Origin: Tetramitus jugosus | Lineage: Eukaryota; Protista; Heterolobosea | Reading direction: 5' to 3' | Length of the DNA: 64,000 nucleotides | Assembly: GCA_937625935.1 (NCBI GenBank) | Contig: OW569347.1 | Span: 124,001 to 188,000 of the forward strand | Notes under the pieces: model-generated | The model's input: only the letters and a program-made list of their open reading frames with translations | The model's database searches: none | What the model was told of the DNA's origin: nothing | Made by a program: the position numbers and the translations under genes | Shown here: one piece after another, positions 38,236-49,811 of the stretch | Position numbering within the stretch: position 1 is the first letter of the stretch | Layout: each line of letters begins with the position of its first letter

Positions 38236-39411
38236 ATGCTTCGAGCCTTGTTCATTATGTTTGCCCTGGGCGTCGTATTGGTTGCCATCTTTGTTCATTC
38301 AGTGCATCAATCGCATCATCGATTGTACGAGTCTTACATTTTCCATGCTGTTCAATACTGTGATCAGAGTGTCATACGGAAGAGCATTCCCATCATGCAT
38401 CACGCGTTGAATGCAAATGGAACATTGAGCAAGTTTGGTACGATTGAGTCGACTTTAGACATGACACCAAAGCATCATCATCGAGTCGAGATTGATCTGA
38501 TGCATACAACCATGGAAAAGTTGTCTTCCATGAGAAAGGCCAGTGCTTACACTGGAGAAAACAAGAGAAATCGAATGTTTTCATCGTACGATGTAATCAT
38601 GGCACGAATGATTGGTGTCATCAATGATGACAACTTCTCGGACAAGAATAGAGCTCGTGAGTTGTACCATCGGTTGTTTTCAGTGGTCAAATCTGTGCAT
38701 TATCCAGGAAACATGAACATTTCGCAGTTGGCGCACGAGGCATTTGCTGTCAAGTGGTACAATGAGTTGGCTAGTTTACCAGAGTATTGTGGAGCGAATC
38801 AAACCAAGAATTCTCATCCAGCAATCAATAGTCTTTTGGGAATTGGGACGTATGATCTGGGTGCACCATTTGCGACTCGATACTCGAATCTATTGACATC
38901 GACTGTGAATCTCACTGAATTGAATATGACGAGCCGTGTCTCAAGGATCAATCAAATCCTAACGACCTCCGAAGAACCGTCATCTTCATCATCAGAAGAG
39001 GATTCGGATCTCTATTCTGTCGAGTTGCAGAGCATGATACTGTACAATGAGTTCAAGGGAGACACTGGTATCCACAGTCAGATTGTGAGAGCATGGTGCC
39101 CTGGCTGCGTTCACTCGATTCAATTCCCTGCCTGTGACAGATTCACTTTGCTGAAATCTGGGCATGTCATCTGGGAACGACTCATGAATGCACATGTCGG
39201 TGGCTTCTTTCCAATGACGCTGCTGTATCTGAATCCGTTCAAGAGCAAGCTGATTGACACTTACCATCTCGAGTTTCAAAATGTGAGATCAATTGTTCAC
39301 AATGACAAGCTCAATCATCACCAATGGTCATCACCAGCGATCGCTGCAACACCATCCACCAACAAGGAAAACAACCTGGAAGAACAAGAATCCCAGACAA
39401 CAGTAGAATAA
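38236..39411 (+). CDS. Hypothetical signal-anchored glycoprotein
   Basis: N-terminal hydrophobic segment MLRALFIMFALGVVLVAIFV and several N-x-S/T sequons. Confidence 0.6.
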   Translation: MLRALFIMFALGVVLVAIFVHSVHQSHHRLYESYIFHAVQYCDQSVIRKSIPIMHHALNANGTLSKFGTIESTLDMTPKHHHRVEIDLMHTTMEKLSSMRKASAYTGENKRNRMFSSYDVIMARMIGVINDDNFSDKNRARELYHRLFSVVKSVHYPGNMNISQLAHEAFAVKWYNELASLPEYCGANQTKNSHPAINSLLGIGTYDLGAPFATRYSNLLTSTVNLTELNMTSRVSRINQILTTSEEPSSSSSEEDSDLYSVELQSMILYNEFKGDTGIHSQIVRAWCPGCVHSIQFPACDRFTLLKSGHVIWERLMNAHVGGFFPMTLLYLNPFKSKLIDTYHLEFQNVRSIVHNDKLNHHQWSSPAIAATPSTNKENNLEEQESQTTVE

Positions 39412-39773
39412 AAGATGTTATAATTCTTGTATTTACTTTTTGTTTTGTACAGCAAGTCAGCCATCATCATAATGGAGGAACTGGATCGATTCATCTGACA
39501 CGAGGAAAGAACACGACATGGATGAAAGAAAATGGGATGAATATAGGATTGAAAAGCCATGCATGTCTGGAGAGAATAGAGTGGAAATAAGTAAGATGCG
39601 CATTCCTGGGAGGACAAGTCTCACGCATGATTCCTCCTCTTGTGTCACCAATTCCAATTCATTTAGCTGTCACATATGTGTGACACTTTTCATATAATTA
39701 TAGTAGTAGTAGTGTGTCTGTTGACAACAACAACAACAACAAAACCAGAACGAGAACAACAATGATATGCATC

Positions 39774-40331
39774 TCAAATATTTCGCGACAACCATTCCAA
39801 TCCTTCGTACAGTCCTTCACCAGTCACTGCAGCACACGGCTGCACAAACCAATTCATATTCTTGACTTCGTACAGTCCCAACTGCTCAGTCATCTCCTGC
39901 ACACCCAACGCTCCATCCAAATCTTGCTTGTTGGCCAACACCAACAACACTACATCACTCTGTCTGTCCATCAACTGTTCATCATTGATCAATTTTTGTA
40001 ATTCTTCTGTTGCTTCCTGTAATCGATCCACATCTGCACTGTCCACCACAAAAATGACTGCATTGACATTCAAATAATAGTTGCGCCAACTGGGTCTCAT
40101 TCGCTCCTGTCCTCCCACGTCCCGTATCGTAAAATTGACCTTGTTGTAGGAGATGGTCTCAACGTTGAATCCAATGGTGGGTACGGTGGGTGGTACGTCT
40201 GCACCCTTGTTTTTGAGTTTGAGAGCGTAGAGAATGGTGGTTTTGCCTGATGCGTCCAATCCACACATGAGAATGGATGATTGTTTGTTTTTGAAGAGAT
40301 TACGAAATAGATTGGATAGTCTGTTTCCCAT
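39774..40331 (-). CDS. Divergent Arf-family small GTPase
   Basis: MG myristoylation start, GLDASGKTT, PTIGFNVE, DVGGQ, ANKQD and CA. Confidence 0.95.
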   Translation of the reverse strand: MGNRLSNLFRNLFKNKQSSILMCGLDASGKTTILYALKLKNKGADVPPTVPTIGFNVETISYNKVNFTIRDVGGQERMRPSWRNYYLNVNAVIFVVDSADVDRLQEATEELQKLINDEQLMDRQSDVVLLVLANKQDLDGALGVQEMTEQLGLYEVKNMNWFVQPCAAVTGEGLYEGLEWLSRNI

Positions 40332-40681
40332 TATGTGTCCTTTTTGTTTTTTTATTCGATATTTATTTTACAAAAGACGTCTATTATTTGTGTTTGTTGG
40401 TTTGCTGCGTGCACGGACAATGATGATGTGTGGTGCTGTCGTGTTTTTTATTTTGCCTTCTTCTGGTGGTTGTTTTCTTGATAGGAGTTGTCGAAAAAAG
40501 ATATTTGGAAGATTTCGCGACGACCCAGAAGACAAGTCCTTATTTTTTGCCAATGGAAGATTCACAAATCGAGAGTTGCATTGTGTGGTTTGGGACAAAA
40601 AGAGAGAGGACTCGTGCGTTTATTGTTCTTTCTTTTCCCTTTCATTCGTTCATCAATGGGTTTTCTTCTCCATTATTATTG

Positions 40682-43600
40682 TCAGTCACTCGTTTCAGGT
40701 TTGAGAGCCAACTCTTTGACTGATCCCAGATCCTTCATTTGAATGGGTCCTCTAAAGGTGGCATAGCTAGGAAGTGCTTGATTCAACCGTACAGCAGGTG
40801 ATTTGTCTCCAACAGAGGAGTTTGACATCACTCCCAGAGACGACTCGAATCCCAGGCTCAACTCTATATCCATCAGCGATCTCATCATTCGTCTGTTAAT
40901 TTGAATGATCGGTCTCTTGTCCTTGACATATTTAAAGGCTCTGGACAATGCCCACTGCTTACGCCTCATCATATATGCGACAATGAATGCGGCACTCCTG
41001 CCCACACCCAAGTGAGAATGAACGAGTACTGTATGACCCTTCTCAAAACAATTTTCGACATGCTGGTACAATTCATCAAAGCACTTGACCAGTGTAAAAG
41101 ATGGATCCAATCTTTGGAATCTGACATTCTTGTATTCGAACTTGCTCTGGTGGTAGTTTGGAGATTCCGCAGATAAGTTGACAATGTGCGTGATTCCAAA
41201 CGATTGTAGTTCCTTTACATTGGAGCTATTCCACTCGCTGCCGAGGAAAAGACGACGTGTTATTCTCGATGGAGGTTCCATTTGTCCCACAATCTTATCA
41301 ATCTGCAAATAGGTGAGATTCTGCTTCTCCGTCATTTTCATAGTGAGCTCTTTCTTTAGAACCTCCTTGATAGATGTTGTATCGACCCTGTTCAGATCTT
41401 TCTGTTCCTTCAATAGCTCCCACAAGCGGACGACAATCTCAGTTTCTTCAGGTTGCGAGATCATAGGACCATCAGAGTTTGTTGAATTATCCAAAATACT
41501 CAATAACTTATCTCTTGCCTTGTTGAAGCTAAAACTGACATACTTCATCACATCCTCACTATCTTCCAGAGATTTTCCTCTTCGATGATTTTGAGGCAGT
41601 ACTCTTTGAGATCTACTCTGAAAAATATTGGGCTTGTTTAACATTTCATTCTCTTGATGTTTTCTAACTAAAGCTCCCAAGTAAGCTCTGGAGGCCATCT
41701 GGATGGGATTGATTCCTTTCTGTTCAATGTACTTGGCAAAATCAGGATGTCGAACAGCAATATCCGCTAGTGTTTGCAATGCTAAAAATACGGAATCCTT
41801 ATTACTGTTGTTTATGAAGTGAATTAAGATATCTGGTCCTCCATCTCTCACAAAATTATCCAAGAGTTCCTTGTTATCAATGTTTGCAATTTGCTTTAAC
41901 AAAGAACAGCAATTAAGATGCAGCTCTATTCTATGACGAGAAGGTTGATCACATATAATCTTAAATAAACATTGGATCAATCCTTCGGAAACAAATTTCA
42001 ACGCTACTTCCTCATTCTTTGTCACTTCAATCAAAATTGAGAAAACTTGGTTTTTGTCTTGAACATATGGTGAGTTCAACAATATGTCGAAGTATTTGAA
42101 CTCTCCAATCCTAGATATTACAAGAGTGAGTGATGTCTTCTCATTTTTGTCTCCTATCATTTGAAGAAGTCTATTGAGAGCTATTTGAATCATGCTGTGC
42201 TTGTTCTCCAAATTGTAGTTACTTAAATCAATCATCGCGCAGAGTGAGTAAAACAACGAAGCATCATCCGTGTAGTTCTCGATGAAAAATGTTAATGTAT
42301 CCCACACTTTGTGCTTTTCCAGAAGAACATGATTTCCAGGATCAGAAGCTAGCTCCTTGATTTTTCTTGAACTTTCCCTCAAAATATACCATGGATTATC
42401 TTCCTTGACCCTTCTTTCAAATGCATGTAGTATTGTTTCAAAGGTAGGTCGATTTTTTGGATCATTACACGTGCATATCACTATTAGGTCTGTGAAAATC
42501 TGAGGCCACCAAGGAGGTAAGATGACATTCTCACCATTCAAAAGAGGTTCGCGTAACAGCTCGTATCCAATTGTATCATCTACTACAAAGTTAGTATCTG
42601 GATGTTCTCTCATATACAACAGCTCGAACAGCATAACACCGAACGAGAACACATCATATGTATAGTCGTAGTAAGTGATGTCCTCGTCAGTCATGCCTCC
42701 CATGATAATCTCTGTTGGCATGTAAAGTACAGTTCCATATCCCTGGGGTCCTTTAATTTTCTTCTCCAGTCCTTGTGTTATTCTGCTAATACCAAAGTCA
42801 GCCACTTTAATTGTTAGTTTATCGTCCACAAGCAAATTAAGGGGTTTCAAGTCCAAGTGCAAAATCGATCGATTGTGAAGGTAATTCATTCCGCAACATA
42901 TATCTTCTATCATTCGGGTAAATTGATTATCAGTTATGTTCATATTTTGCATAACATCATGTAAGCTCCCGTTGTCCATGTACTCAGTGACGAGACAAAT
43001 ATTGGGTAAACTCGTGCTCAATCCCATAAATAACAACACATTTGGATGTCGAAGACTCGACATTATGGAAGCCTCTTCTTTCAGTTTTCCGACAATCCTA
43101 TCCTTCTCTGTTTCATCCTCAACTATGGAAGCACTAAACTTCAATCTTTTGATAGCAACAAGTTTTCCCCACAACAAACCCTTGTACACTTCTCCAAAGA
43201 AACCCTCTGCTACTTTCTTCCCAAGTGTTAAATTTTCGTAAGGCACTTGCCATGGTTCAGTTCTATCTTCTATCTCCAGTTGTTGAGCATTGTTATCATC
43301 TCCATTCTTGTCCCTTGATCGTTTCACTGAGTGTTGTAGCGAACGCCTCACATCAGTTGTGAAAATTTGAATGTTGTCCCAATTAGGAACAACCCTTCTC
43401 ATACATGTGAAAACTTCTTCACAGAACTTTATCTGGTCGTCTTCCAAGGCGGTCAGTAAATGGCTAAAACTAGTCTGTAATCCTTGTGCTGCACAATTCT
43501 TGACCGAGCTAGAAATGTGATCAATCCATTGTTGCAACAGATCCTCTGTTTCAACAGAACATACTATAGTCCTTCCATAAGACTTAACCGTAAAACAATT

Positions 43601-43990
43601 TTCTCTTTTTTTGTGCCATTTCTGAACCTTTTGAACTTGATAGATTGAGCCGCTCTCAATGGTCATCATAGTCTTTTTATCCTTTGATGACTTGAATATC
43701 AATAACGCGTCTCCACTGAGAACCATATAACGCTTTACCCATGGCCTCAGTTGTGAAGTTGTAAGAAGTTGAAGGTTACCTTCAAAACTCTCTCTATCCA
43801 TCATGAGATTTCCTCTTGGAGTAGCAGATGGACTCAGCTTGAAATTCGCGGTAGAACACATATTGAGAAGAGAACTATTGGAGTAACTTCTTCTCTTGTT
43901 CACAATAGGTCGAAAAGATATAGAATCTACTGCATTTGGAATATTGTTACTCACAACAGGAGAGGATATCTCACTAGAAAACTCATCCAT
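40682..43990 (-). CDS. PH + TKL kinase + ARM repeats + DEK-C + Slingshot-type DSP (catalytic Cys to Ser)
   Basis: PH (WVKRYMVL...QQWIDHI); kinase (GFFGEVYKG, VAIK, HLDLKPLNLL, DFG, GTVLYMPTE); QMEPPSRI..LFLGSEWNSSN and VLVHSHLGVGRSAAFIVAYMM. Confidence 0.88.
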   Translation of the reverse strand: MDEFSSEISSPVVSNNIPNAVDSISFRPIVNKRRSYSNSSLLNMCSTANFKLSPSATPRGNLMMDRESFEGNLQLLTTSQLRPWVKRYMVLSGDALLIFKSSKDKKTMMTIESGSIYQVQKVQKWHKKRENCFTVKSYGRTIVCSVETEDLLQQWIDHISSSVKNCAAQGLQTSFSHLLTALEDDQIKFCEEVFTCMRRVVPNWDNIQIFTTDVRRSLQHSVKRSRDKNGDDNNAQQLEIEDRTEPWQVPYENLTLGKKVAEGFFGEVYKGLLWGKLVAIKRLKFSASIVEDETEKDRIVGKLKEEASIMSSLRHPNVLLFMGLSTSLPNICLVTEYMDNGSLHDVMQNMNITDNQFTRMIEDICCGMNYLHNRSILHLDLKPLNLLVDDKLTIKVADFGISRITQGLEKKIKGPQGYGTVLYMPTEIIMGGMTDEDITYYDYTYDVFSFGVMLFELLYMREHPDTNFVVDDTIGYELLREPLLNGENVILPPWWPQIFTDLIVICTCNDPKNRPTFETILHAFERRVKEDNPWYILRESSRKIKELASDPGNHVLLEKHKVWDTLTFFIENYTDDASLFYSLCAMIDLSNYNLENKHSMIQIALNRLLQMIGDKNEKTSLTLVISRIGEFKYFDILLNSPYVQDKNQVFSILIEVTKNEEVALKFVSEGLIQCLFKIICDQPSRHRIELHLNCCSLLKQIANIDNKELLDNFVRDGGPDILIHFINNSNKDSVFLALQTLADIAVRHPDFAKYIEQKGINPIQMASRAYLGALVRKHQENEMLNKPNIFQSRSQRVLPQNHRRGKSLEDSEDVMKYVSFSFNKARDKLLSILDNSTNSDGPMISQPEETEIVVRLWELLKEQKDLNRVDTTSIKEVLKKELTMKMTEKQNLTYLQIDKIVGQMEPPSRITRRLFLGSEWNSSNVKELQSFGITHIVNLSAESPNYHQSKFEYKNVRFQRLDPSFTLVKCFDELYQHVENCFEKGHTVLVHSHLGVGRSAAFIVAYMMRRKQWALSRAFKYVKDKRPIIQINRRMMRSLMDIELSLGFESSLGVMSNSSVGDKSPAVRLNQALPSYATFRGPIQMKDLGSVKELALKPETSD

Positions 43991-44150
43991 CTTGTTGGTT
44001 TCTTGCTGTGAAGAAATTTTTCAGCGCTTGGATATCTGTAGTTCGAGTTCCTTGTCATTGTTCGATTAGATGAATCCGTAAGTCGTTCAATCAAGAAGAT
44101 CTTGGCGCCAAGTTTCAATTACCCGAATATTGACTTCAATTCCATAAAAC

Positions 44151-45718
44151 ATGGAATCATTCTTGAGCAACTACAAGCAGAAGTGCGAGGAATATTCTAT
44201 TCAACCGAAACAGAGATTAGTGAATGAAGTAGAAAAAGGAATTGAGAGCAAGTAAGTATTTTGAACAATAGCTTGTGAATCTTGGCTTCAAAAGCTAAAT
44301 CTAATCAATCCCAATCAAAAGAGAGATATTTTATCATGTTGTCCTGAATGGTAACTGTGACATGATGAGAAAGGATAGAATGTCAGATTTAGAGATATTT
44401 CCACTGTGTGAAGTTTTAGAGACGGATTCTCTGTTCTTGAGTCTCGATCTAAGCTACAATCATATTAGTGATCAGGGAACAAATGCGATAGCTCGGTTCA
44501 TAACATCAAACATTAAAATGAGGCATCTATCGCTCAGGGGAAATTCAATTGGTGAAAAGGGAGCAATTGAACTTGCTGAAGCTCTTTCATCCAATACAAC
44601 GCTCACATCTTTCGATCTCAGTGAAAATGAGATTGGTGATTCAGGTGGTTTATCCATTATCCAAATGTTAACTGTAAGTAGTTTCAATCATGATTCTGAA
44701 GAGATAGGCGCAACAACACTATCTAACACGACGGTTTTGTGAAGTCCAACCGTACTCTCCAAAGACTGAATCTGAATAATACTGGGATAAAAACTGTGTC
44801 TCTCACGCATCTGGCTCTCATCCTTCGAAAACACCCATCACTTTCTGAATTGGGTATTGCTAAACCCTACCTTCATAGTGTTGAGGAGACTTGTATTCAT
44901 ATCGCTGAAATGTTGAAGCAGAACGAAGTTATGCACACGATTGATTTAAGTTACGTTGGTATCCATGCAGAGGCGATGAAACTCTTATCTCGAGGAATGG
45001 TTCAGAACAAGATACTAACGAATCTTAACTTGTGTGGGTAAGTTAATTCAATTTCACCACTTCCTTCATTGTAGGATTTTCTTACCATTCGATTCAGAAA
45101 TGAGATATCGATAGATGGAGCAATCGAACTCGCGAGATACGTAGCTTCTAGTAACTGTGTGTTGCGATACCTAAATTTAAGTGGAAATAAAATTCGAGAT
45201 AAGGGCTGCACAGTACTATCGAGAGCCATAAAGGTCAACAAAACTTTAGAAAGGTAAACTTACAACAACACTGTAACAAGTTTGGTGGATCTTTCTAACT
45301 AGTCATCTATTTGTATCACAGTATTGATATCTCGAGGAACAGTATCTTTGACGAAGGATTAACAGAAATTGGTTCAGTCGTTCTGAACAAGATGGATACA
45401 GCCATAGGATCAGTTCCCCACCTCAGAAAACTACTCGTTCTTCATAATAACTTTGGCCAGGAGTCCATGCAGATCTTTCAAGAAATACAACATAGAAATG
45501 AAAAGTTCCTGGAAGAGAACACAAAGAAATACAAGAGAAAGAGGAAGAAGCTTCTATCGGAACTTATCGAGGTAGATGTCGTCATATACAAGGTTGGTGA
45601 TCTGTTCTACAGTGCTGAGAAAAAGGAATGCATCAAAGTCACAACTAATGTTGGAACCACACCCGAACAAGTCAACCACCTTGACAACATTGTTGGTATT
45701 CAAAAAGAATTACTGTAA
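44151..45718 (+). CDS. RNI-type leucine-rich repeat protein (LRRC34-like), multi-exon
   Basis: LxxLxLxxNxIGDxG repeats spread over adjacent ORFs, separated by short introns with GTAA donors near 44252, 44674, 45038 and 45254. Confidence 0.75.
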
Positions 45719-45925
45719 CGATTTGAATAAATAAATTTACATGCTGTTGTCATCAATGAGTCCACTCATCGAAAAATGGACTGACTTCTGCTTGTTGTTC
45801 GTCACGAGGTAAATCTTGGTAGTACAGAGTATTGCATATAAAAAATGACAGTGCCAATCAACATCAAGGTTGCTTGGTTGGCAAACCACTCAATGTACAC
45901 ACATTGGCCATCATCCTTAACAACT

Positions 45926-47338
45926 TTACATCTTGTGAGTTTGGAGGAGACGCAATCCAACCTCGTCATAATCCTTCTTCTTCATCCAGAACTCTTCCTT
46001 GTCCTTCATGATATCAGCCAAGACAGCACCACCCAAGAAGACCATGTGCTTTCTTCTTGGAGGATCTTCAATCTTGAGCTTAAAGTTCTTCAAACGAGAC
46101 TCATCACCTCTCAACACCTTTTGCAAGTACAAATCCTTGATTTCCTTCTCCAATCTGGATGGGAGACCTGGATACATGGTTGTACCACCGGACAAGACAA
46201 TGTGCTTGTAGAACTCGGATCTCAAATCGATATCAGCACCCTGGATGGTATCAAACACCAACTCGTGCATACCCTTGCCTTCCTTATCGGCCAAAATAGG
46301 TTGGAAGAGAGCTTCAGCAGCCTCGAATCTCTCTGCACCAATCTTGATCTCTCTGCCATCAGGAAGAGTGTATGACTCAACAAGGACAGTAGTCTCCAAT
46401 GCCAACTTCTTCTCTAGTTGAATATCGTAGCCAACATAGCAAAACTTTTCCTTGATTAGTCTCACGGTTTCAAAATCAGCAGTACGGTTGAATGCATAAC
46501 CACGCAACAACATGAGCTTAATCAACAGGTTGGTAATGTCACGACCGGCCAAATCCAATCTCTGAACCAAGTGAGGCAGAGAATAACCATCGTACACTGG
46601 AACAACGTGAGTCACACCATCACCAGAGTCAACCACAACACCAGTCAATAGACCTTGTGCGTACAGGGTCAAAACAGCTTGAATGGAAACGTAGAGTCCT
46701 TGGAATCCATACTTTTCAAACATGGTCTCAATCATTTTTTCACGATTCTTCACAGGGTTCATTGGTGCTTCAGTCAACATGATTTGGCACTCCTTTGGAT
46801 CAACTTTCAATTTGTCCCAAGTGTAGTCCCACAAATGATACATGTCTTCCCAACTACGAATGACACCATTGGCCAATGGATAGGTAATTTCGAGGGCGTG
46901 TCTCAACTTTGCGCACTCATCACCAACCATAATGTCCTGCAATTGAACATCACCAATGCTTTCCTCATATCTGAGGATGGGTCTACCGACCATGGCTGGA
47001 AAGACGGCGGTAGGGAAATTGTCACCGGCAAATCCGCATTTTACAAACTATTTATTGTTGATGATGTAGTTGATTTGTGCGTATCATTGTTTTTTTTGTC
47101 AATAGTAGTAGTAGTCGTTATTGTTGTGGTGTGCATTGATGTGAAAATAGTGAAAAAAAAGATGAGTGATTGGTTAGCTTCTGATTGAAAGAATAGAGAC
47201 ACAGCTGAGTGATGGATGAAAATCATGTGATAGAGATCCATGATCTATGATTTGATCAACGCATCAATCAACTGAAAAAAAAGTGCAAGTACTTACACCA
47301 GTACCGTTATCACAAACGACAGTTCTTGCAGCTGGCAT
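45926..47338 (-). CDS. ARP2: Actin-related protein 2 (2 exons, intron 47048-47296)
   Basis: Exon 1 [14 protein letters not shown] joins FVKCGFAG; [14 protein letters not shown] and [19 protein letters not shown]. Confidence 0.96.
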
Positions 47339-47618
47339 TCTTCTACTTTATTTTAGTTGTTGTTTTTTTTTCGTTTGGGGGAAAAAGTGTACGAATGAAC
47401 GACGAAGCCTTTTTTTGTCGTAGTAAAGAGAAAAAGTGATTCTTCTCAGCGAGCATGACAGATGTGAGGGGTTTCATTTTACTCCGACTTACGCCGGTGA
47501 CGATCAAAATTGTAACCTTCGTGGTCAACTGGACATGTCAATCAACGTCATGTGAGTAGGAGAATTAGCGCGGATCTACAGTAAACAAACAAAAATTGTC
47601 AGAACAGGATGTGGTTGA

Positions 47619-49658
47619 TTATCTTTTATATCGATATCTTCTGAATCGGAAGTACAGATGCAAGATGCCTCTTTCGAATGTGCATTTGAATCCTCTTCGA
47701 TGAGACTTTTCCCACTCTCTGTTCACAATCTTGAACGCAACATCCTCATAAGGTGGTCCTGCATGGAAACGAATGATACAGGTATCTTTCGTATTTCCAG
47801 GCTCAATAAAGTATTGAGGTGCCTTTGTTTTGTCGATGAGATCCGGATAGAAGATATTGAACTTGTATCCCTGAATCGTCTTTGGAGGAGGATTGTCAAA
47901 GTCATAATGGACTTGATTGTACTTGTTCCATTCGTAACCAGTGTGCACTCTATTAAAGTATTTTGGTTTTCGAGGACGGTACTTGTCGTTCCATGCGTAG
48001 TACTGGCGCTTCAATTGCACTTCATCAGTAAAGTCATCATCACCTTCCTCATAGTCGGTTTGTGCAGTGCGTAGCATCTCATCTTCAGTGTAGGCTGCCT
48101 TTCCATCAGCCAATTGTCTTTTGGATTCTTCTGCAGCCAACAGCTCGTTAAATGTATTGGACAATGCAGCTTCTTCTCCATCCACAACTGCTTCATCAAC
48201 CATGTAACTTTCTTCATGTGCAACACTTTCAGATACTGACGACTGAGCCTGCAGGAGAGTTTTTTCTTTCTGTACCTGATCACGGTACTCAGTCAATAAG
48301 GTTTTATGGAACTCACGAAGAAAGGCCTTTGATTTAAATATCTTCAGTTCCTTCATTAGATACTGCCAATATTCAGCATCATCATATGGGCCTGGATTCA
48401 CAGTTTTTTGATAAATCTCTGTTTCTATATTCTCCAATTCTGTCAATGTTTTTGACAAGAGTAAGTCATCAATATCCTTCCGAACAGAAGGATGGATATG
48501 ACTGGATGGTAGTTGGGCTCCATCAGACATTTCTTTGGTTTTTGTCTTGAGAATCTCATCATCAGCGACAAGCAACAAGGCATTCCAGAATGGCTTCATA
48601 GTCTTATCAAGTTCCATATGAGTCAAGATATCTTTGCGCAGATCCTCCAACTCTGATAATGTCAGGTTCTTGAAGATAATACTGGGTTCTCTAGTCTCAA
48701 TGCCAATGTCATCTATTGATAACACTGGTTCTTCAATCAATGAGCCACTCTGTTCTCTGCCTGCGATTCGATCCAACAACTTTAAATTTTTAGCAATTAA
48801 ATCAATTGGTTTCGCTCTGCCCTCCTTCAAACGAATATCACTCTTCAGCTTTGCTTGCTTCAAATGAAATTCCTCTTCCTTCTTCTCCCATTCGATATAT
48901 GTGGATCGTTCTCTCTCACGTGCCAATCGATCACGCTCCTCCTCTGCCTCTCTGAGCTCTCTTTCTCTATTGAGACGATTTTCTTTTGCTCTCAAGAGCT
49001 CTGATCGTAAATCACTGGACTTTTTTGTTGCCACATCATCCGTTTTTTTCACCTGTTCTCTCTTTTTCCAAATAAACTTGTCGGCCAAGTTGGCATCACC
49101 AAACGGATTCTCCTCATTGGTGTAACCCAACACCTCTTTCATGCTCTTCTCTCGTTCTCTTCTCTCTCTTTCTCTCTGCTCTTGCTCTCTCTGTTTTCTT
49201 AGATCATAATCATAGTACGATTCACCAATTGGACTGCTCGGTTGTTGTTGTGTCGATGATGGTGGTGGTGGTGCAAGTGATGATGACGATGACGATGAAG
49301 AGTGATCCTCTCTTCTGTTTTCGCGTCTATGATGATGCTGTGTTGAATGCTGATAATCATCTTCTCTTTTGTAGTCGCCGCGTCGATTGTAGTGGTGATC
49401 GTTTCCTCGTCGTTGATCATCATCATGATATCGTTTGTTTACGGAATGGTCGTTGCGTTTTTCTTCATGACGCGACTTTTTATAGACCACTTCTGATGAT
49501 GATTGGCCATGGTGGTGATGAGATGATCGATTGGATCGATTGTGGTGATCATTGTCGTCAGAATCGTGTGGTGAGTATTCTCGGCTACGTTTGTGACCAC
49601 GAGATGTGGTGGATGAGTCTGGTTTGTCTCTTCGGTCTGATCGACTTGTATGGTACAT
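47619..49658 (-). CDS. CACTIN: Cactin (spliceosomal factor)
   Basis: GYTNEENPFGDANL, GRAKPID, KYRPRKPKYFNRVHTGYEWNKYNQ and FHAGPPYED. Confidence 0.96.
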   Translation of the reverse strand: MYHTSRSDRRDKPDSSTTSRGHKRSREYSPHDSDDNDHHNRSNRSSHHHHGQSSSEVVYKKSRHEEKRNDHSVNKRYHDDDQRRGNDHHYNRRGDYKREDDYQHSTQHHHRRENRREDHSSSSSSSSLAPPPPSSTQQQPSSPIGESYYDYDLRKQREQEQRERERREREKSMKEVLGYTNEENPFGDANLADKFIWKKREQVKKTDDVATKKSSDLRSELLRAKENRLNRERELREAEEERDRLARERERSTYIEWEKKEEEFHLKQAKLKSDIRLKEGRAKPIDLIAKNLKLLDRIAGREQSGSLIEEPVLSIDDIGIETREPSIIFKNLTLSELEDLRKDILTHMELDKTMKPFWNALLLVADDEILKTKTKEMSDGAQLPSSHIHPSVRKDIDDLLLSKTLTELENIETEIYQKTVNPGPYDDAEYWQYLMKELKIFKSKAFLREFHKTLLTEYRDQVQKEKTLLQAQSSVSESVAHEESYMVDEAVVDGEEAALSNTFNELLAAEESKRQLADGKAAYTEDEMLRTAQTDYEEGDDDFTDEVQLKRQYYAWNDKYRPRKPKYFNRVHTGYEWNKYNQVHYDFDNPPPKTIQGYKFNIFYPDLIDKTKAPQYFIEPGNTKDTCIIRFHAGPPYEDVAFKIVNREWEKSHRRGFKCTFERGILHLYFRFRRYRYKR

Positions 49659-49738
49659 TGATTATGTTTCGTTTTTGTTTTTTGTTGTTGTGAATGCTTC
49701 CTGTTCTTGGTTGAAGTCATGGGCAAAAGCAAAATGGA

Positions 49739-49811
49739 TGGTCGTTGCAGGGATCGAACCTGCGACCAATGGCTTATTAGACCAACGCTCTACCGACTGA
49801 GCTAAACGACC
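49739..49811 (-). tRNA. tRNA-Ile (anticodon AAT), identical to the copy at 15690
   Basis: Exact reverse complement of 15690-15762. Confidence 0.95.

Noticed and set aside
47048-47296. Intronic snoRNA in the relatively long ARP2 intron
   Set aside because: No paired C/D boxes with a terminal stem and no H/ACA architecture seen.
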